The notes below the pieces were generated by a model, which worked only from the letters and a program-made list of their open reading frames with translations, was not told where the DNA came from and did not search any database. Below, piece by piece: positions 1 through 12,091 of a stretch of 64,000 bases of DNA. The stretch comes from Antechinus flavipes (Eukaryota). Made by a program: the position numbers and the translations under genes. The DNA lies in assembly GCF_016432865.1 (NCBI RefSeq), contig NC_067400.1, forward strand, positions 333,126,001 to 333,190,000, in the 5' to 3' direction. Positions within the stretch are counted from its first letter, which is position 1. The number at the start of each line of letters is the position of its first letter.

Positions 1-510
1 AGGTAAAAGTTCTAACAAGGCTCAAATAAATATTATAGTCAATAAGCACTTTAAAAAACATTAAAAGCAGTGCACATGTGTCCTAAAAATAGTATTTGAA
101 ATCTGACACTGTTATGATGTTTCATTCATATATCCCTCAACCAATTATTATGTATACACCTCTGTGCTGTATTTTCTGGGAAACAGAGGAGAAGCAAAAC
201 ATGAAGTCCTTGATCTTGAGGAGATTATGGTATTGTTATTCCTAAGAACTTTAATAACTTACAGCTATAGAACACTTTTCAGTTTGCAAAATACTTTTTC
301 TATAACAAGATTGTAAAGTAACTGGTGTGATCAGGAAGAAGCAGAGCCAGAGCTAGAACTCAGATTTTCTGGCTTTTCCCCATTATGTGTGTTTTCTGCT
401 ACTTCCTCTCACTTATGAGATAGAATTCACAAATGTGAAAAATAAGAAAACAAAGAAAAAGAGATTTTATTAAATCCTTATTATGATGTTCTTCTTGTTG
501 TTCATCCTTC

Positions 511-1207
511 CTTTTTTATAATAGCTTTTTATTTTTCAAAGTACATGAAAATATACTTTTCAACATTAACCTTTGCATTATTTTGTGTTCCATATTTATC
601 TCTTTCCTTTCCCACCCTAGACAGTAACTATTCCAATATAGGTTAAATGTGTGCTATTCTTCTAAACATTTCCACATTTATCATGCTGCACAAGAAAAAT
701 GAGACCAAAAGAGGGGAAATGAGAAAAAAATCAAGCAAGTTAACAACACCAAAAAAAAAAGGTGAAAATTCTATGTTGTGTTCCACATTCATTCCCAATG
801 ATTCTCTCTTGATGAAGATGATTCTCTCCATCAAAAGTCTATTGAAAGTGGCCTGAATCACCTTATTGTTGAAAAGAGCCATGTCCATCAGAATTGATCA
901 CATAATCCTGTTGTGGTGGTACACAATGTTGTTTTGGTTCTAGTCACTCCACTTAGCATCAGTTCATGTAAGTCTCAAATCTTTTTGAAATAATTTTGCT
1001 GATCATTTCTTATAGAACAATAATATTCCATAACATTCATATACTATAACTTTTTCAACCATTCTCCAACTAATGGGCATCCATTCAGTTTCCAGTTTCT
1101 TGCCACTACAAAAAGGGCTGCTACAAACACTTTGCATATATGGGTTTTTTTTCCATTTTTATAATTTCTTTGGGATACAGACCCAGTAGAGACACTGCTG
1201 GGTCAAA
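511..1207 (-). mobile_element. L1 3' fragment (3' UTR plus end of ORF2)
   Basis: T-rich start followed by the same antisense L1 blocks seen at 9.1, 33 and 57.5 kb (catcagttcatgtaagtctc; tttccagtttcttgccactacaaaaagggctgctac; acccagtagagacactgctgggtcaaa). Confidence 0.9.
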
Positions 1208-1209
1208 AT

Positions 1210-1385
1210 CATCTCTCATTCTTGAAGAGGACCAATAATATGAGGAAGGTGACATATTGACTTTAGAGTGCATTGGGTTTAAGTGAGGCTGAGCTGTACA
1301 AAGTCTTCAACCTTAATCTCTCCTCCAGAATCATCAGAATCTAGTGGTAAGACAAGAGCCAATACAACTGGTGATTGCCCAGCTT
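1210..1385 (+). mobile_element. RTE-related marsupial SINE fragment (WALLSI/RTESINE-like)
   Basis: cattcttgaagagggaccaat...tttaagtgaggctgagctgtacaaagtc...ctctcctccagaatcatc is a diverged copy of the element at 38210-38470. Orientation is as written; sense strand of the family is not certain. Confidence 0.7.
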
Positions 1386-2229
1386 AAATATGTATCAAAT
1401 ACTATGCTAAGATCTGAAGATAGAAATACAAAATGGGCATAGTTTTTGACATTAAAAAGCTTAATTTTTAATAAAAGTGACAGCACATATAGGGAAGTAC
1501 TAGCCAGAGAAGGCAGTTTTGGTGTGGAAAATTACAAAGTTTATGAGTGGAATAATAGTGCAGTTCATTAACACATCCTTTCCAAAGACAAGGGGAGTGT
1601 TGTCTGATTACAGCTCTCAGAGAAAGGGATGGAATGAGGACAGAAAATGTGCTGTTGACAAGAGTGAAGATGAGGAAGCTTGCGTAGTGTCAGGAAGTAT
1701 AGAGCTGAATAACCTTGCTTCTCCCAGATAAGATATCTGATAGTCCCATTGAGAGTATAGCAACAATAGCAACATGCAGTGTTTAGACCTGAAAGGAGCT
1801 AGGGTGAAAGACCAAAGCAAAATAGAAGTATTGTAATATCAATTTTTTTGTGTGTGCCTGAAAGTAAAGCTTTGTGTCATTTCCATATTAAAAGCCTGAG
1901 GCAGCAACAAGAGGTTACACTGGCAATTTCCTTATTTCTCTTGGTTACTGCAAAATGATCAATTCATTTTCATGAGTTAGAGAGAACCAAAAAAATGTTG
2001 TAGACTATAATTGCTCTGGTTAGATGAATATTGTTAGATTCCACCCCCTTCAAAACACTAAATTTTTATTTTTATGAAATAATCACATATTACATTTATA
2101 TGATACTTTTCTATATACAAGGACCCAATATTATGCCATATGTATTTCATTTGTATAGCATAATATTATGTGTGGATATGTATATGTAGATATGTATGTA
2201 TGTGTCTATATGCAGACATACATATTTAT

Positions 2230-2405
2230 GTCATAAGATCAAAAGCTGGAAGGGTCTATAGTGATTTTAAAAATGAGGAAATTGAGGCACAAATTGAGGA
2301 AGAGAAGTTGCCTGAATTCACATAATCAATGAATGGCAAATCTGGAACTCAGACCCAGATCTTCTGAATCCCAATGCAGTGATCTTTTCTATATACCAGT
2401 CGCCT
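2230..2405 (-). mobile_element. MIR-type CORE-SINE fragment
   Basis: aaaatgaggaaattgaggcac...ggaactcagacccagatcttctgaatcc is the reverse complement of the MIR core. Confidence 0.7.
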
Positions 2406-4089
2406 CAATTGAATCAATATGTTTTGCTTATATGTGTTCTGTTCTCACACTTAAAAATAAAAAAAAAAATTAATAAAACATTTTTCTAGGAATGTTTCTG
2501 CTCAGGCAAGAGAGATCCTGAAATGGACATTGTACATCACTCCTTGGGATTCCATTTCAGAATGAAAGCAATTGAAAATGTGGCATATCATGTCACTGCC
2601 TGAGGCTTTACAATGTATGTAAAATGGGAAGAGCAGAAAGGGGAAAATGAGTTTGGCAATACTATTTCTGCTGCTGGGGAAGCTTGTCCAAGAAGCATAT
2701 TTATGTGCATTCAGATGAAAAGTCTGAGGAAGTCACTAATTGTAGATTTGTCCCTTTTTCTTATCTAAAGGCATTATTTGTCCTCAGGCCCTCCAAGAAA
2801 CAAACCTTTTTATATAAGTCAGATACTTTAAGACCAGCACTTTATAAAGTTGTCAAATCATTCAACAAGATTTTCGGTGTCTAAGAACAGCTCTAGGTAC
2901 TCTCTGCTACATCCAAAAGTGACCAAGACATAAGCTCTGCTTTGACAGAATTCTGAAGCTAATATGAAAGATACTGATAGAGAAATTTCATTATAAATGT
3001 GCTATTTGTTACGTTTTAAAAAATCTATAACAGTAAAATACAGTTTCATGTATAATCTTCAATTCTTTGTTTTGATATAATCATGTTTGTTTATGTCAAA
3101 ATAAAAAATAGAAGTGGGAGATATAAATGAAAAGAAATTTAGATCAGTTACATGTTATGGAAGGTCTTGAGTGCTAAGCTAAAGAGATAACGTGATTCAA
3201 GGTTCAAAGGTAGAAACACTGAAATCTATTGATCAAGGGTTTGACATGATCAGATCTGTGAGTAGGAAATATAATTGGCAATAGTTTATAGGAAGAATAA
3301 GTTGTTAAAGTACTAGACACCAAAAATATATTGGTAAATTATTATGGTGATCCAAATGAGAAATATCAAAATCTGAACTGGGACATTAATTAGTTACAAA
3401 TAGAACAAAAATCATGAGCTGTACTATGGACATGCACTTGACAATAATCAGTTTTCTAGACTACGACCTCCCATTTCTGCACTTTTTCCTTTATATTGTA
3501 TTAGCAAGCGCATGTTCTTTCCTCACTTATGATGAAAACCACACTTAGAAAGGATATTACATAGAGGTGTCGATGATTCTGTGAGCTCTCCCAAAGAATT
3601 TGCATTTTTAGGAATCAAAACTTTAAACTTAGATGGAATTTCAAGGAACTACTACAGTTTATGAATGTACAGCAAATACAGTAAATCATTCTATAATATA
3701 TAGCTGTTGCTTTTTTATCAGTCCTTTGCTTTCTCCTGGCATATTTTTTTTTAAATGGTGGGGGGGGGGGTTGTGCTTCTACTGTGTATTCTTCTACAGA
3801 TAAATAAATCATTTCAGGCCATTTGTCAATAGAATGAAACTGTACTTCTGGCATAAGTTCTATCCACATGGTCTTATGTGGGGTTAAGGCCAAGTGTTCC
3901 AACTAGTTTTGCTTAAGCCTCTGAGCTTCCAGGTGAACTCATATCTCTGCAGCAGAAAAGATTAAGTAGGTAGCCTGTTGGGAAGTTTAAAACCCTTCCT
4001 TATTCTTTGATTTAGATCTATATCAACTCAATATATGTACCCTATTTCCTGAGTTCTCCAACTGCTGGGTGGCCTGCTGCTATTTTAAT

Positions 4090-4330
4090 TTATAGTTCGG
4101 CATGAATTTCTGCTGTTTTCTAAACAGAGAATATGGTTGTTTTATGATCTCTTAAATGTTCTTCGTTGAAGGCGGATAATGTGGTTTTCGGATGTCTAAT
4201 GCATATCACATAAGCCTCTTCCATTAGGAGGAAATTGAAATGTGTTGCATTCTCCAATGGTTTTGCTGGTTAATCCCCCAACTGCTGTGCCCCATTAGAA
4301 TTCTGGCCTGGCAGCCGGAAGCCACCTGCT
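4090..4330. promoter_or_regulatory. Candidate enhancer / conserved non-coding element
   Basis: Repeat-free block with 5 CpGs in about 230 bp against a CpG-depleted background, several TAAT/ATTA cores and TAATCC at 4271-4276. No open frame with good splice sites. Confidence 0.35.
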
Positions 4331-5520
4331 ACCTTGGACAGCAATGATGTGAGGAAGCAAGCCATAGAAAGAAAGGGGGAGTTGCTGTGGAAAACAGGGA
4401 AAGGCAGAGAATAGTTTAACTAGATAAACAGTGTCAGTTCCATGGACAGCAAGTGATGTATGGAAATCATATCCTCACCTGTAAAATAAAGGAAATGAAC
4501 TGGAAATTCTCAAAAACTTTTTCTAGCTAGCACTAGCTAGCTAGCTAATATCATGTGCCTTTATGGAACTTAGGTATCCTAAAATCTCTTTGGTCCAAGT
4601 TTTGTAATAAAAGAGCAAAAGACACTGAATGCATCAACCTTTTTTGTTGTTGTTCTTTTCTCAAAGGCAATAAAGTTAAGAAGATGCAGAGTAGGTCTTT
4701 AAACATTCCACTGAAGACTGAAAAAACAGACAAAATGTGTTTAAATTAACTGTAATATGTCTAAATTGAAAGGGATTTTACTAAATATAGAGATCAAATT
4801 CCTTATTATGAAATTGAGGAAATTAAGATCCAGAGATAAGATAACTTAACTAGCCATGCAGCCAATAGAAGGCAAAGCACTAAAGCCCAAGACTCTAAAT
4901 CTTAAATCAATGTTTATTGAAGGAGACTTATAGATAGCTGGGCATAATGAAGCCTGACTTCTTGGACACTTCACAAAGAACCTCATAAATATATATATTT
5001 AACATATGGAAGTATAGCTAGACTTGCTTTAACAGACAAAATCATATGTAATTAATAAAGTTACATGTGAGTATGGCAAGAGGGGATTGTTAAAATGCTT
5101 TAAAATATTTTACTTTCTTAAATATTTCTAGATGGCTATTGCTATTACTAAACTCTAAGCTCCCTAAGCTTATTAACTTTGTATTTCCCCCAGACCTTGG
5201 CATGATGATATAAAAGAAGAGATACTTTAATAAATATTTGCTGAATTTAATATTAAAAGGACTAGATTTTATTAATACCTTGAAAAACCAAATATATTTT
5301 TGCATTAATTGATGTATCTTGTCTTTCTGTTAAGAAGCTTGAATGAGTTCATTGGAGTAATCTTTAGATCATTAATTTGCTCATAAAATACTTTTCTTTA
5401 ATTAGACAACAAAGGTAAATTTCATCCTGACCCATGTGTTAATTAGCACAGTTTGTGAATAACTAAAGTCCTATTGCATGAAGCCTTGAGGTATTTTTAA
5501 AGTCTTGTGATATGATATAT

Positions 5521-5694
5521 NNNNNNNNNNNNNNNNNNNNNNNNNNNNNNNNNNNNNNNNNNNNNNNNNNNNNNNNNNNNNNNNNNNNNNNNNNNNNNNN
5601 NNNNNNNNNNNNNNNNNNNNNNNNNNNNNNNNNNNNNNNNNNNNNNNNNNNNNNNNNNNNNNNNNNNNNNNNNNNNNNNNNNNNNNNNNNNNNN
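5521..5694. other. Assembly gap (174 N)
   Basis: Run of n. Confidence 1.
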
Positions 5695-6689
5695 ATAGAT
5701 GCTTTCTTTTGACCAAGTTCATAAAAAACCTTACTTTAGTCTCAGGGCCATCATATAGTCTTGTGGGCAAATGTCAGTGAAAACAATCACATTTTGAAAT
5801 TTGCCAAAATATTGTTTCCCTTTATACTTCCTAGTGTCCGCAGTGACTTCTAATGGTGCTGAGTTAGCAGGCATATAAATCAGTTCCAGGACTTGTCACT
5901 ATATAGTAAAAGTGAAAGAGACTTTCAAGTGAACCATTCTCCTTGATGCTGAAAGATAAACAGGGAGTAAATCTTGATGAAGGGGAAGGTCATTGCCCAG
6001 TCACCTAAAGAGAACCACTAAGCAGTTCTTGGGGTCAGTTTATCCTGTGACCTAAATTGCTACCTTTCCTTTCAGAGGTATTCCCACACCACCTTGAAGT
6101 ATTCTTTCTCAGGGGTGCTAGGAATGCATCAAAATCAGTGGAAGTCATGCAACATTTTCTGTGAGCATAAATTAATGTGTTTCTGTCCAACCATACTAGG
6201 TACACTGTTCTGAGTTACTGCTTCAATGCACAAATAAAAGGAAGAGGGCAGAAGAAAGGGAGAGAGGAAACATTGGAGAGAAAAAGAAAAAGGAACATGA
6301 ATTCTCAGAATTAGTGCCTGGGTACAGGTGACTAATTACTTTCCTCCAAATCAAACCTGATATTAAAGTCAAAGTTCAGGCTGAGCATTTGACTGGCTAA
6401 TTAATCTAGAGGGAACTTAGTTGAAGAACATACTGCTTTATTTATTCAATGTAACAGCACAAGAAAAAGGAAAACCTTAAATCATTAATTGTCATATTAC
6501 TGTGTTCCTAGACCAGAGAGTTAAGTTTACATTGTGAAACATAAACCATTTTACTTAATGATGCCCCAAAGAGAATACAATTTCTAAAAGAAAGCAGATG
6601 TTATTTTAGGTCTTAAAAATAGAATAGTTTTTCATATATATTATATACTTGAGATGTAGTCCTGCATGTTGGTTAGGAAAGAACTCTCC

Positions 6690-6835
6690 AGTCTAATGAG
6701 ATAGCATAGTATAATGGGAAAAACAGTAGACTCAGAGATTCTAGGATTCAGCCACTAACTAAATAAATGACCTCCACCTCAGTTTCTTCATCTGTAAAAT
6801 GAAGTAGATAATCACTAAGGTCCATCTAGATCTAG
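6690..6835 (+). mobile_element. MIR-type SINE
   Basis: cctcagtttcttcatctgtaaaatg core with a tRNA-like head remnant. Confidence 0.7.
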
Positions 6836-8384
6836 TGTATTTTTTTTTCTTTCTTTATACCCTTGAATTCCATGCCATTGACAGACATGGAAGGGAATAA
6901 TAGAAAATTAAGGATGTCTTCAACCTTTTTTTATCACTGGCTTTTATCATGGAATTATTTGACTCCCAATAACTTACTCCCTTCTGAGCCTTTCATCAAA
7001 TGTTTCTTCCCCCTTTGTTTTCAGCCCTTCTGAAGAAAGTGATTAAATATAAAAGAAGCTGGCATATTTTCAACTATTCTAAGGTTACTTTTCAAATTCA
7101 TTGATTATTCAAAAATATTAACAATGGTTTTCTGAGTAGCTCATGTTAAGCTAGGCGCTATAGAGAATAGGGAAGAAAGAGATCAGAGTAATAATAACTC
7201 ATATGTTTAATGCTGTAAAGATTATAGATATTTTCTCCACTCTGGCTCTGTGAAATTGGTAAAAATCTTGACATTAAGCTGGAAGGGTTATTAGACATCA
7301 GACTGTTTCATTTAATAAATGAAAAAACTTAAACCCAAAGATCTGCAGTGATGTGTTCAAAGTCATGCACATAATAAATCATATAATCAAGGCTAAAATC
7401 CATATTTTGACTCCAAATCCAGTAGCCCTTCAATTCTTTCATGCTGTCATATTTTATCTCCATTCATCTTACATTTTACAGGAAAAGATGAAATAACTTC
7501 TAGAGAATTAGCTGTTTTCTAAATGTAGAGTCTTTCCATAATACCATACTCAGGTCTCAAGACTTCATCTCAGGTGACCTCAAAGAGCTTACATTTTAGT
7601 TGGGAAGACAAGAAGGACTCACAATTGAAACAGTATACAATTAAATGTTAATATATGTGCTACTCTAAATAGTTCTAGCCAAAGTAGCAGGAGCTCTCAG
7701 TGCTGAGAAGCATGGTTTCATTAAAAAATGGATCTTGAGTTGAAAGTTCTACATGGTATTTCAACAAACAGAGAAAAATAATGTTCCTTTTGGCTATTTC
7801 CTTGATGAGTGGAACATGGCACAGAGGTAGTCAGCCAAGGAAAAGAAGAACCTTGAGTCAGGCAATCTTGATTCATTTTAACAACTTTGTTAGAATCCAA
7901 TAGGTTGAAATGAGAGGTTAAATGCTCTTGAGTATTTAAATCTTATTTTCATGTCTCCTTTCTGTTAGGATCTGCCTAGTAGTTATGTTGAAAAGAAATG
8001 ACAGATTATAATCATGGGGAAAATGTAGCTATTTAAGAATTTTTGGTGATAAAAAAGATACAAATATATTGGTTGTATTAGAAAAAATTGATCTAGATCT
8101 AAATAAGGAAGGAGAAGTAGTATGTTGAATCAGACTCTGCAACTTCCTATCTTTGTGGCCTTGTGAAAGTGATGTACCATCTCTTGACATGAGCATCCTC
8201 ATCTGCAAAAGATTAATCTAGATAACTTCTATGATTGCTTCTGGCTCTGTGTCAGATTGATTTTTATATTATCTCTGCAGTTATTGAAAAGATGCCCTAT
8301 TCAGTCTCTCTGACACCAACCCTATTCTTGTTTTCTTTCATCTTAACTTTGAAAAAAACAGATTTTTTGCCTCAAATTAAAACT

Positions 8385-8612
8385 GTTATCATATTATGGA
8401 TAGAGCCCTAGATCTGAAGTTAGGAAGACTCATCTTCCTGAGTTAAAATTTGATTTGGCCTGAGATATTTACTAAGTGTGTGTGCTAGTCACCTAAAGCT
8501 GTTTGCCTCAGTTTCTTCATATGTAAATGAATAATAGAAGGAAGTGGCAACTACTCCAGTACCTCTGCCAAAAGAGTCATGAAGAGTCAAACAACTGAAA
8601 AAATAACAGAAC
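8385..8612 (+). mobile_element. Mar1 CORE-SINE (marsupial)
   Basis: Head atggatagagccctagatctgaagttaggaagac, core tgcctcagtttcttcat, BovB-like tail gaaggaagtggcaactactccagtacctctgcca...aagagtc. Confidence 0.8.
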
Positions 8613-9052
8613 TGGGAAAAAACATGTCTTCAGCATAATCTTGAGGAAAAAAATAATAAAGCCAATATCTTACATATGTTTGTCCAGGCTGTTGCCTAGA
8701 GGTGATTGGTTTAGGTTTTCTTTGTTTTGTTTTATTATCCTCCGTCATCCCAGACCCTCTTGATTCTCATTCACAAATCTCCTAAGAATGGCAAATCCTA
8801 TTTCACCTTCAAGAAGTCAATTTCAGGTCAACATATCAGTGAGTTACTAAGAGGTAGCTTAAAGCAGCTTTGAGTTACTAATGTACTTGAAAAGGGTTTA
8901 GTTATAAATCCTTCTTTTATTTCTTCTTCAGGGATTTTTCCTATTTGAAAAAATATGTACTAAATTGCACTCACCACCTCCATTCAAATCTTCCTTTTTA
9001 AGGGCTGGGATGTCACCCAGTGTTCTTGGAGGCTTTGCCATAAAAGTGGAAG

Positions 9053-10924
9053 GTTTTTTTTTTGGGGGGGGGGAAGCTTTTTATTTATAAAGCATATGCA
9101 TGGATAATTTTTCCAACATTGACCCTTGCATAACCTTTTGTTGCAAATTTTCCCCTCCTTTCTCCCATCCCCTCCCCTAGCTGGTTGGTAGTCCAATACA
9201 CATTGAATATGTTGAAATACATGTTAGATCCTATATATAAATATATATGTATACACACACACACATACATATTTATACAGTTATCTTATTGGGCAAGAAA
9301 AATCAGATCAAGAAGGAAGAAAAAGAAAAATTGAGAAAAAAAAACACAATGCAAGCAAATAACAACAGAGAGAATGAGAATGAGAATGCTATGTTGTGTT
9401 CCATACTCTATTCCCATGGTTCTCTCTCTGTATGTAGATGGCTCTCTTTGTCACTGCACAAGTAGAACTGGTTTGAATCATCTCAATATTGAAGAGAGCC
9501 ACGTTTGTCAGAATTGGTCATCATATAGTCTTGTTGTCATGTATAATGATGTTCTGGTTCTGCTCATTTCACTTCGCATCATTTCATGTAAGTCTCTCCA
9601 AGGTTCTCTAAAATCATGCCTCTGTTCGTTTCTTACAGAACAATAGTATTCCATAGAATTCATAGACCATAATTTATTCAGCCATTCTCCAATTGATGGG
9701 CATCCACTCAGTTTCCAGTTTCTTGCTGCTACAAAGAGGGATGCCACAAACATTTTTGCACATGTGGGTCCCTTTCCCTCCTTTAGGATCTCTTTGGGGT
9801 ATAAGCCCAGTAGTAACACTGCTGGATCAAAGGGTATGCACAGTTTGATTACTTTTTGAGCATAGTTCCAAATTGCTCTCCAGAATAGTTGGGTCCATTC
9901 ACAACTCCACAAACAGTGTATCAGTGTCCCAGTTTTCCCACATCATCTCCAACATCCTTCATTATATTTTCCTGTCATCTTAGCCAATCTGACAGCTGTG
10001 TAGTGGTATCTCAGAGTTGTTGTAATTTGTATTTCTCTGACCAATAGTGATTTGGATCACCTTTTCATATGGCTACAAATAGTTTCAATTTCTTCATCTG
10101 AAAATTGTCTGTTCATATCCTTTGACCGTTTATCAATTAGAGAATGGCTTGAACAATTATAAATTTGAGTCAGTTCTCTATATATTTTAGAAATGACACC
10201 TTTATCAGATCCTTTGGATATAAAAATGTTTTCCCAGTTTATTGCTTCCTTTCTAAACTTGTCTGCATTAGTTTTGTTTATATAAAAACTTTTTAACTTA
10301 ATATAATCAAAATTATCAATTTTATGATCAATAATGATCTCTAGTTCTTTTCTGGTAACAAATTCCTTCCACCTCCACAAATGAGGGGTAAACTATTCTA
10401 TGTTCTTCTAATTTGTTTATATTATCATTCTTTATGTCTAGATCATGAACCCATTTCGAACTTTCTTGGTATACAGTGTTAGGTGTGGATCTATGCCTAC
10501 TTTCTGCCATACTAGTTTCCAATTTTCCCAGCAGTTTTTGTCAAATAGTGAATTCTTATCCCAAAAGGTGGGGCCTTTGGTTTTGTCAAATGCTAGATTA
10601 TTATAGTCATTGGTTATTTTGTTCGGTGAATCTAATCTATTCTATTGATCAGCTTCTCTATTTCTTAGCCAGTACCAAATGGTTTTGATGACTGCTGCTT
10701 TATAATATAGTTTTAGATCTAGTACAGCTAGGCCATCTTCATTTGCTTTTCTCTTCATTAGTTTCTTTGAAATTCTTGACCTTTTGTTCTTCCAGATGAA
10801 TTTTGTTGTTACTTTTTCTAGATCAGTAAGATTGTTTCTTAGGAGTTTGATTTGTATAGCACTAAATAAATAGATTTAAACTAATCAGAGTATTGTCATC
10901 TTTATTCTATTTGCTTGACCTATC
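9053..10924 (-). mobile_element. 5'-truncated L1 (about 1.87 kb) with target-site duplication
   Basis: ORF-track peptides 9508-9912, 10057-10380 and 10328-10522 are L1 ORF2 C-terminal pieces (CIPFDPAVLLLGLYPKE; DNFDYIKLKSFY; SKWVHDLDIK). Poly(T) tail on +. TSD aaaagtggaag at 9042-9052 and 10925-10935, the second followed by ttt/aa (L1 endonuclease-type site). Confidence 0.95.
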
Positions 10925-11934
10925 AAAAGTGGAAGTTTAAGGTAAAAATAAAATGGAAGAAATTTATTTTAATAATTAGGAGGTTACATTCTAATGGGGT
11001 AGATAACATATACACATATAAGACTATATAGGAGAAGTATAAAGTGAAAAATACAAATATAGGGAAATAGAGTAGTTTGGAAAAGAGAACACACATAGTT
11101 GGGAGATGTAGAAAGATTTCTTATAGAATTATGTCTTGAAAGAAGAAGGACTCTAGCATGTGGTACAGAGTACATTCTAGTCTGGAGGTTGATTTGTACC
11201 AAAAAAAAAAAAAAATCAGGAGATAGAGTTTCATATGTGAGCAACATAAAGAATGCTAATTTGGCTGGATCATAGAATACAGTAAAAGAAGTGATAATCA
11301 ATGTGGCTGGATAGATAGTTTGGAGAATGCTTCTTCAATCAGTGGAATCACTGTGGCTGTCAACCATGACATTCTTGACCAATCCAAACTCAGCCAGTCA
11401 AAACAATGGAATGTTTTAGAGTTTTTCTGCTGCCCTTGACATTACATGAAAAAAAATGCAAATAGCAAATGAGTTTTGCTGTTAATTTTCTTGCCTTTGT
11501 CTAGGATTTCATTACCACTGAATACATTTGAATATGCTCTTGGTTTGAGTCAGGGCTTATGACTTCAGTTGATTCTGTCTCTGCCTGCCTAGAAGGTTTT
11601 TGATGTAATTCTACAAACAGACTGCCTGAATTGATCCAAGGGACAAGAAATGAGAACTGAAGGCTTGTCCCCAAATCACTGACACAGCCTTCTTTTGCCA
11701 AATAAATAATTTATTCAATATGCAACCTATATTTTACTGAGCACCTTACAGGGACTCAACCCTGTACCAGTCATTATTTGAAATAGCAAGAAAAGACAAA
11801 GTATCTGGTTTGGAACAATTTTACAATTGCATTGAGGAGTTAATAAAGGTTATTCTCCATGCAATATCTGGAGAATAATATGAGTCATGTTATGTTGAAA
11901 GGAAAAAAGGGGCAAAAAGTTAAATATGTGACCA

Positions 11935-12050
11935 AGGTGGCTAGATAGAGCACTTGCTCTGAAATGAAGAGGACCTAAGTTCAAATTCTGCTTTAGACAC
12001 AACACTTACTAGTTGTGTGACCCTAAACAAGTCACTTAAGCCAATTACCT
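11935..12050 (+). mobile_element. WSINE1-like short CORE-SINE
   Basis: gatagagcacttgctctgaaatgaagaggacctaagttcaaattctgctttagacac...gtgtgaccctaaacaagtcacttaagccaattacct. Confidence 0.75.
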
Positions 12051-12054
12051 TGTG

Positions 12055-12091
12055 ACACAGACACACACACGTGTGTGTGTGTGTGTGTGTG
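12055..12091. repeat. (AC)n/(GT)n head-to-head microsatellite palindrome
   Basis: acacacacac|gtgtgtgtgt at 12061-12080 is a perfect 20-bp palindrome; (GT)n continues to about 12091. Confidence 0.95.

Noticed and set aside
5471-5770. ORFs spanning N runs (also 53390-53630)
   Set aside because: Artefacts of translating assembly gaps.
6032-6053. GGGTCA-n10-TGACCT inverted half-sites
   Set aside because: 10-nt spacing is not a canonical nuclear-receptor arrangement.
9508-10522. ORFs of 64-134 aa as host genes
   Set aside because: They are frameshifted L1 ORF2 C-terminal fragments inside a TSD-flanked L1; the same applies to 57860-58365 and 37402-37584.
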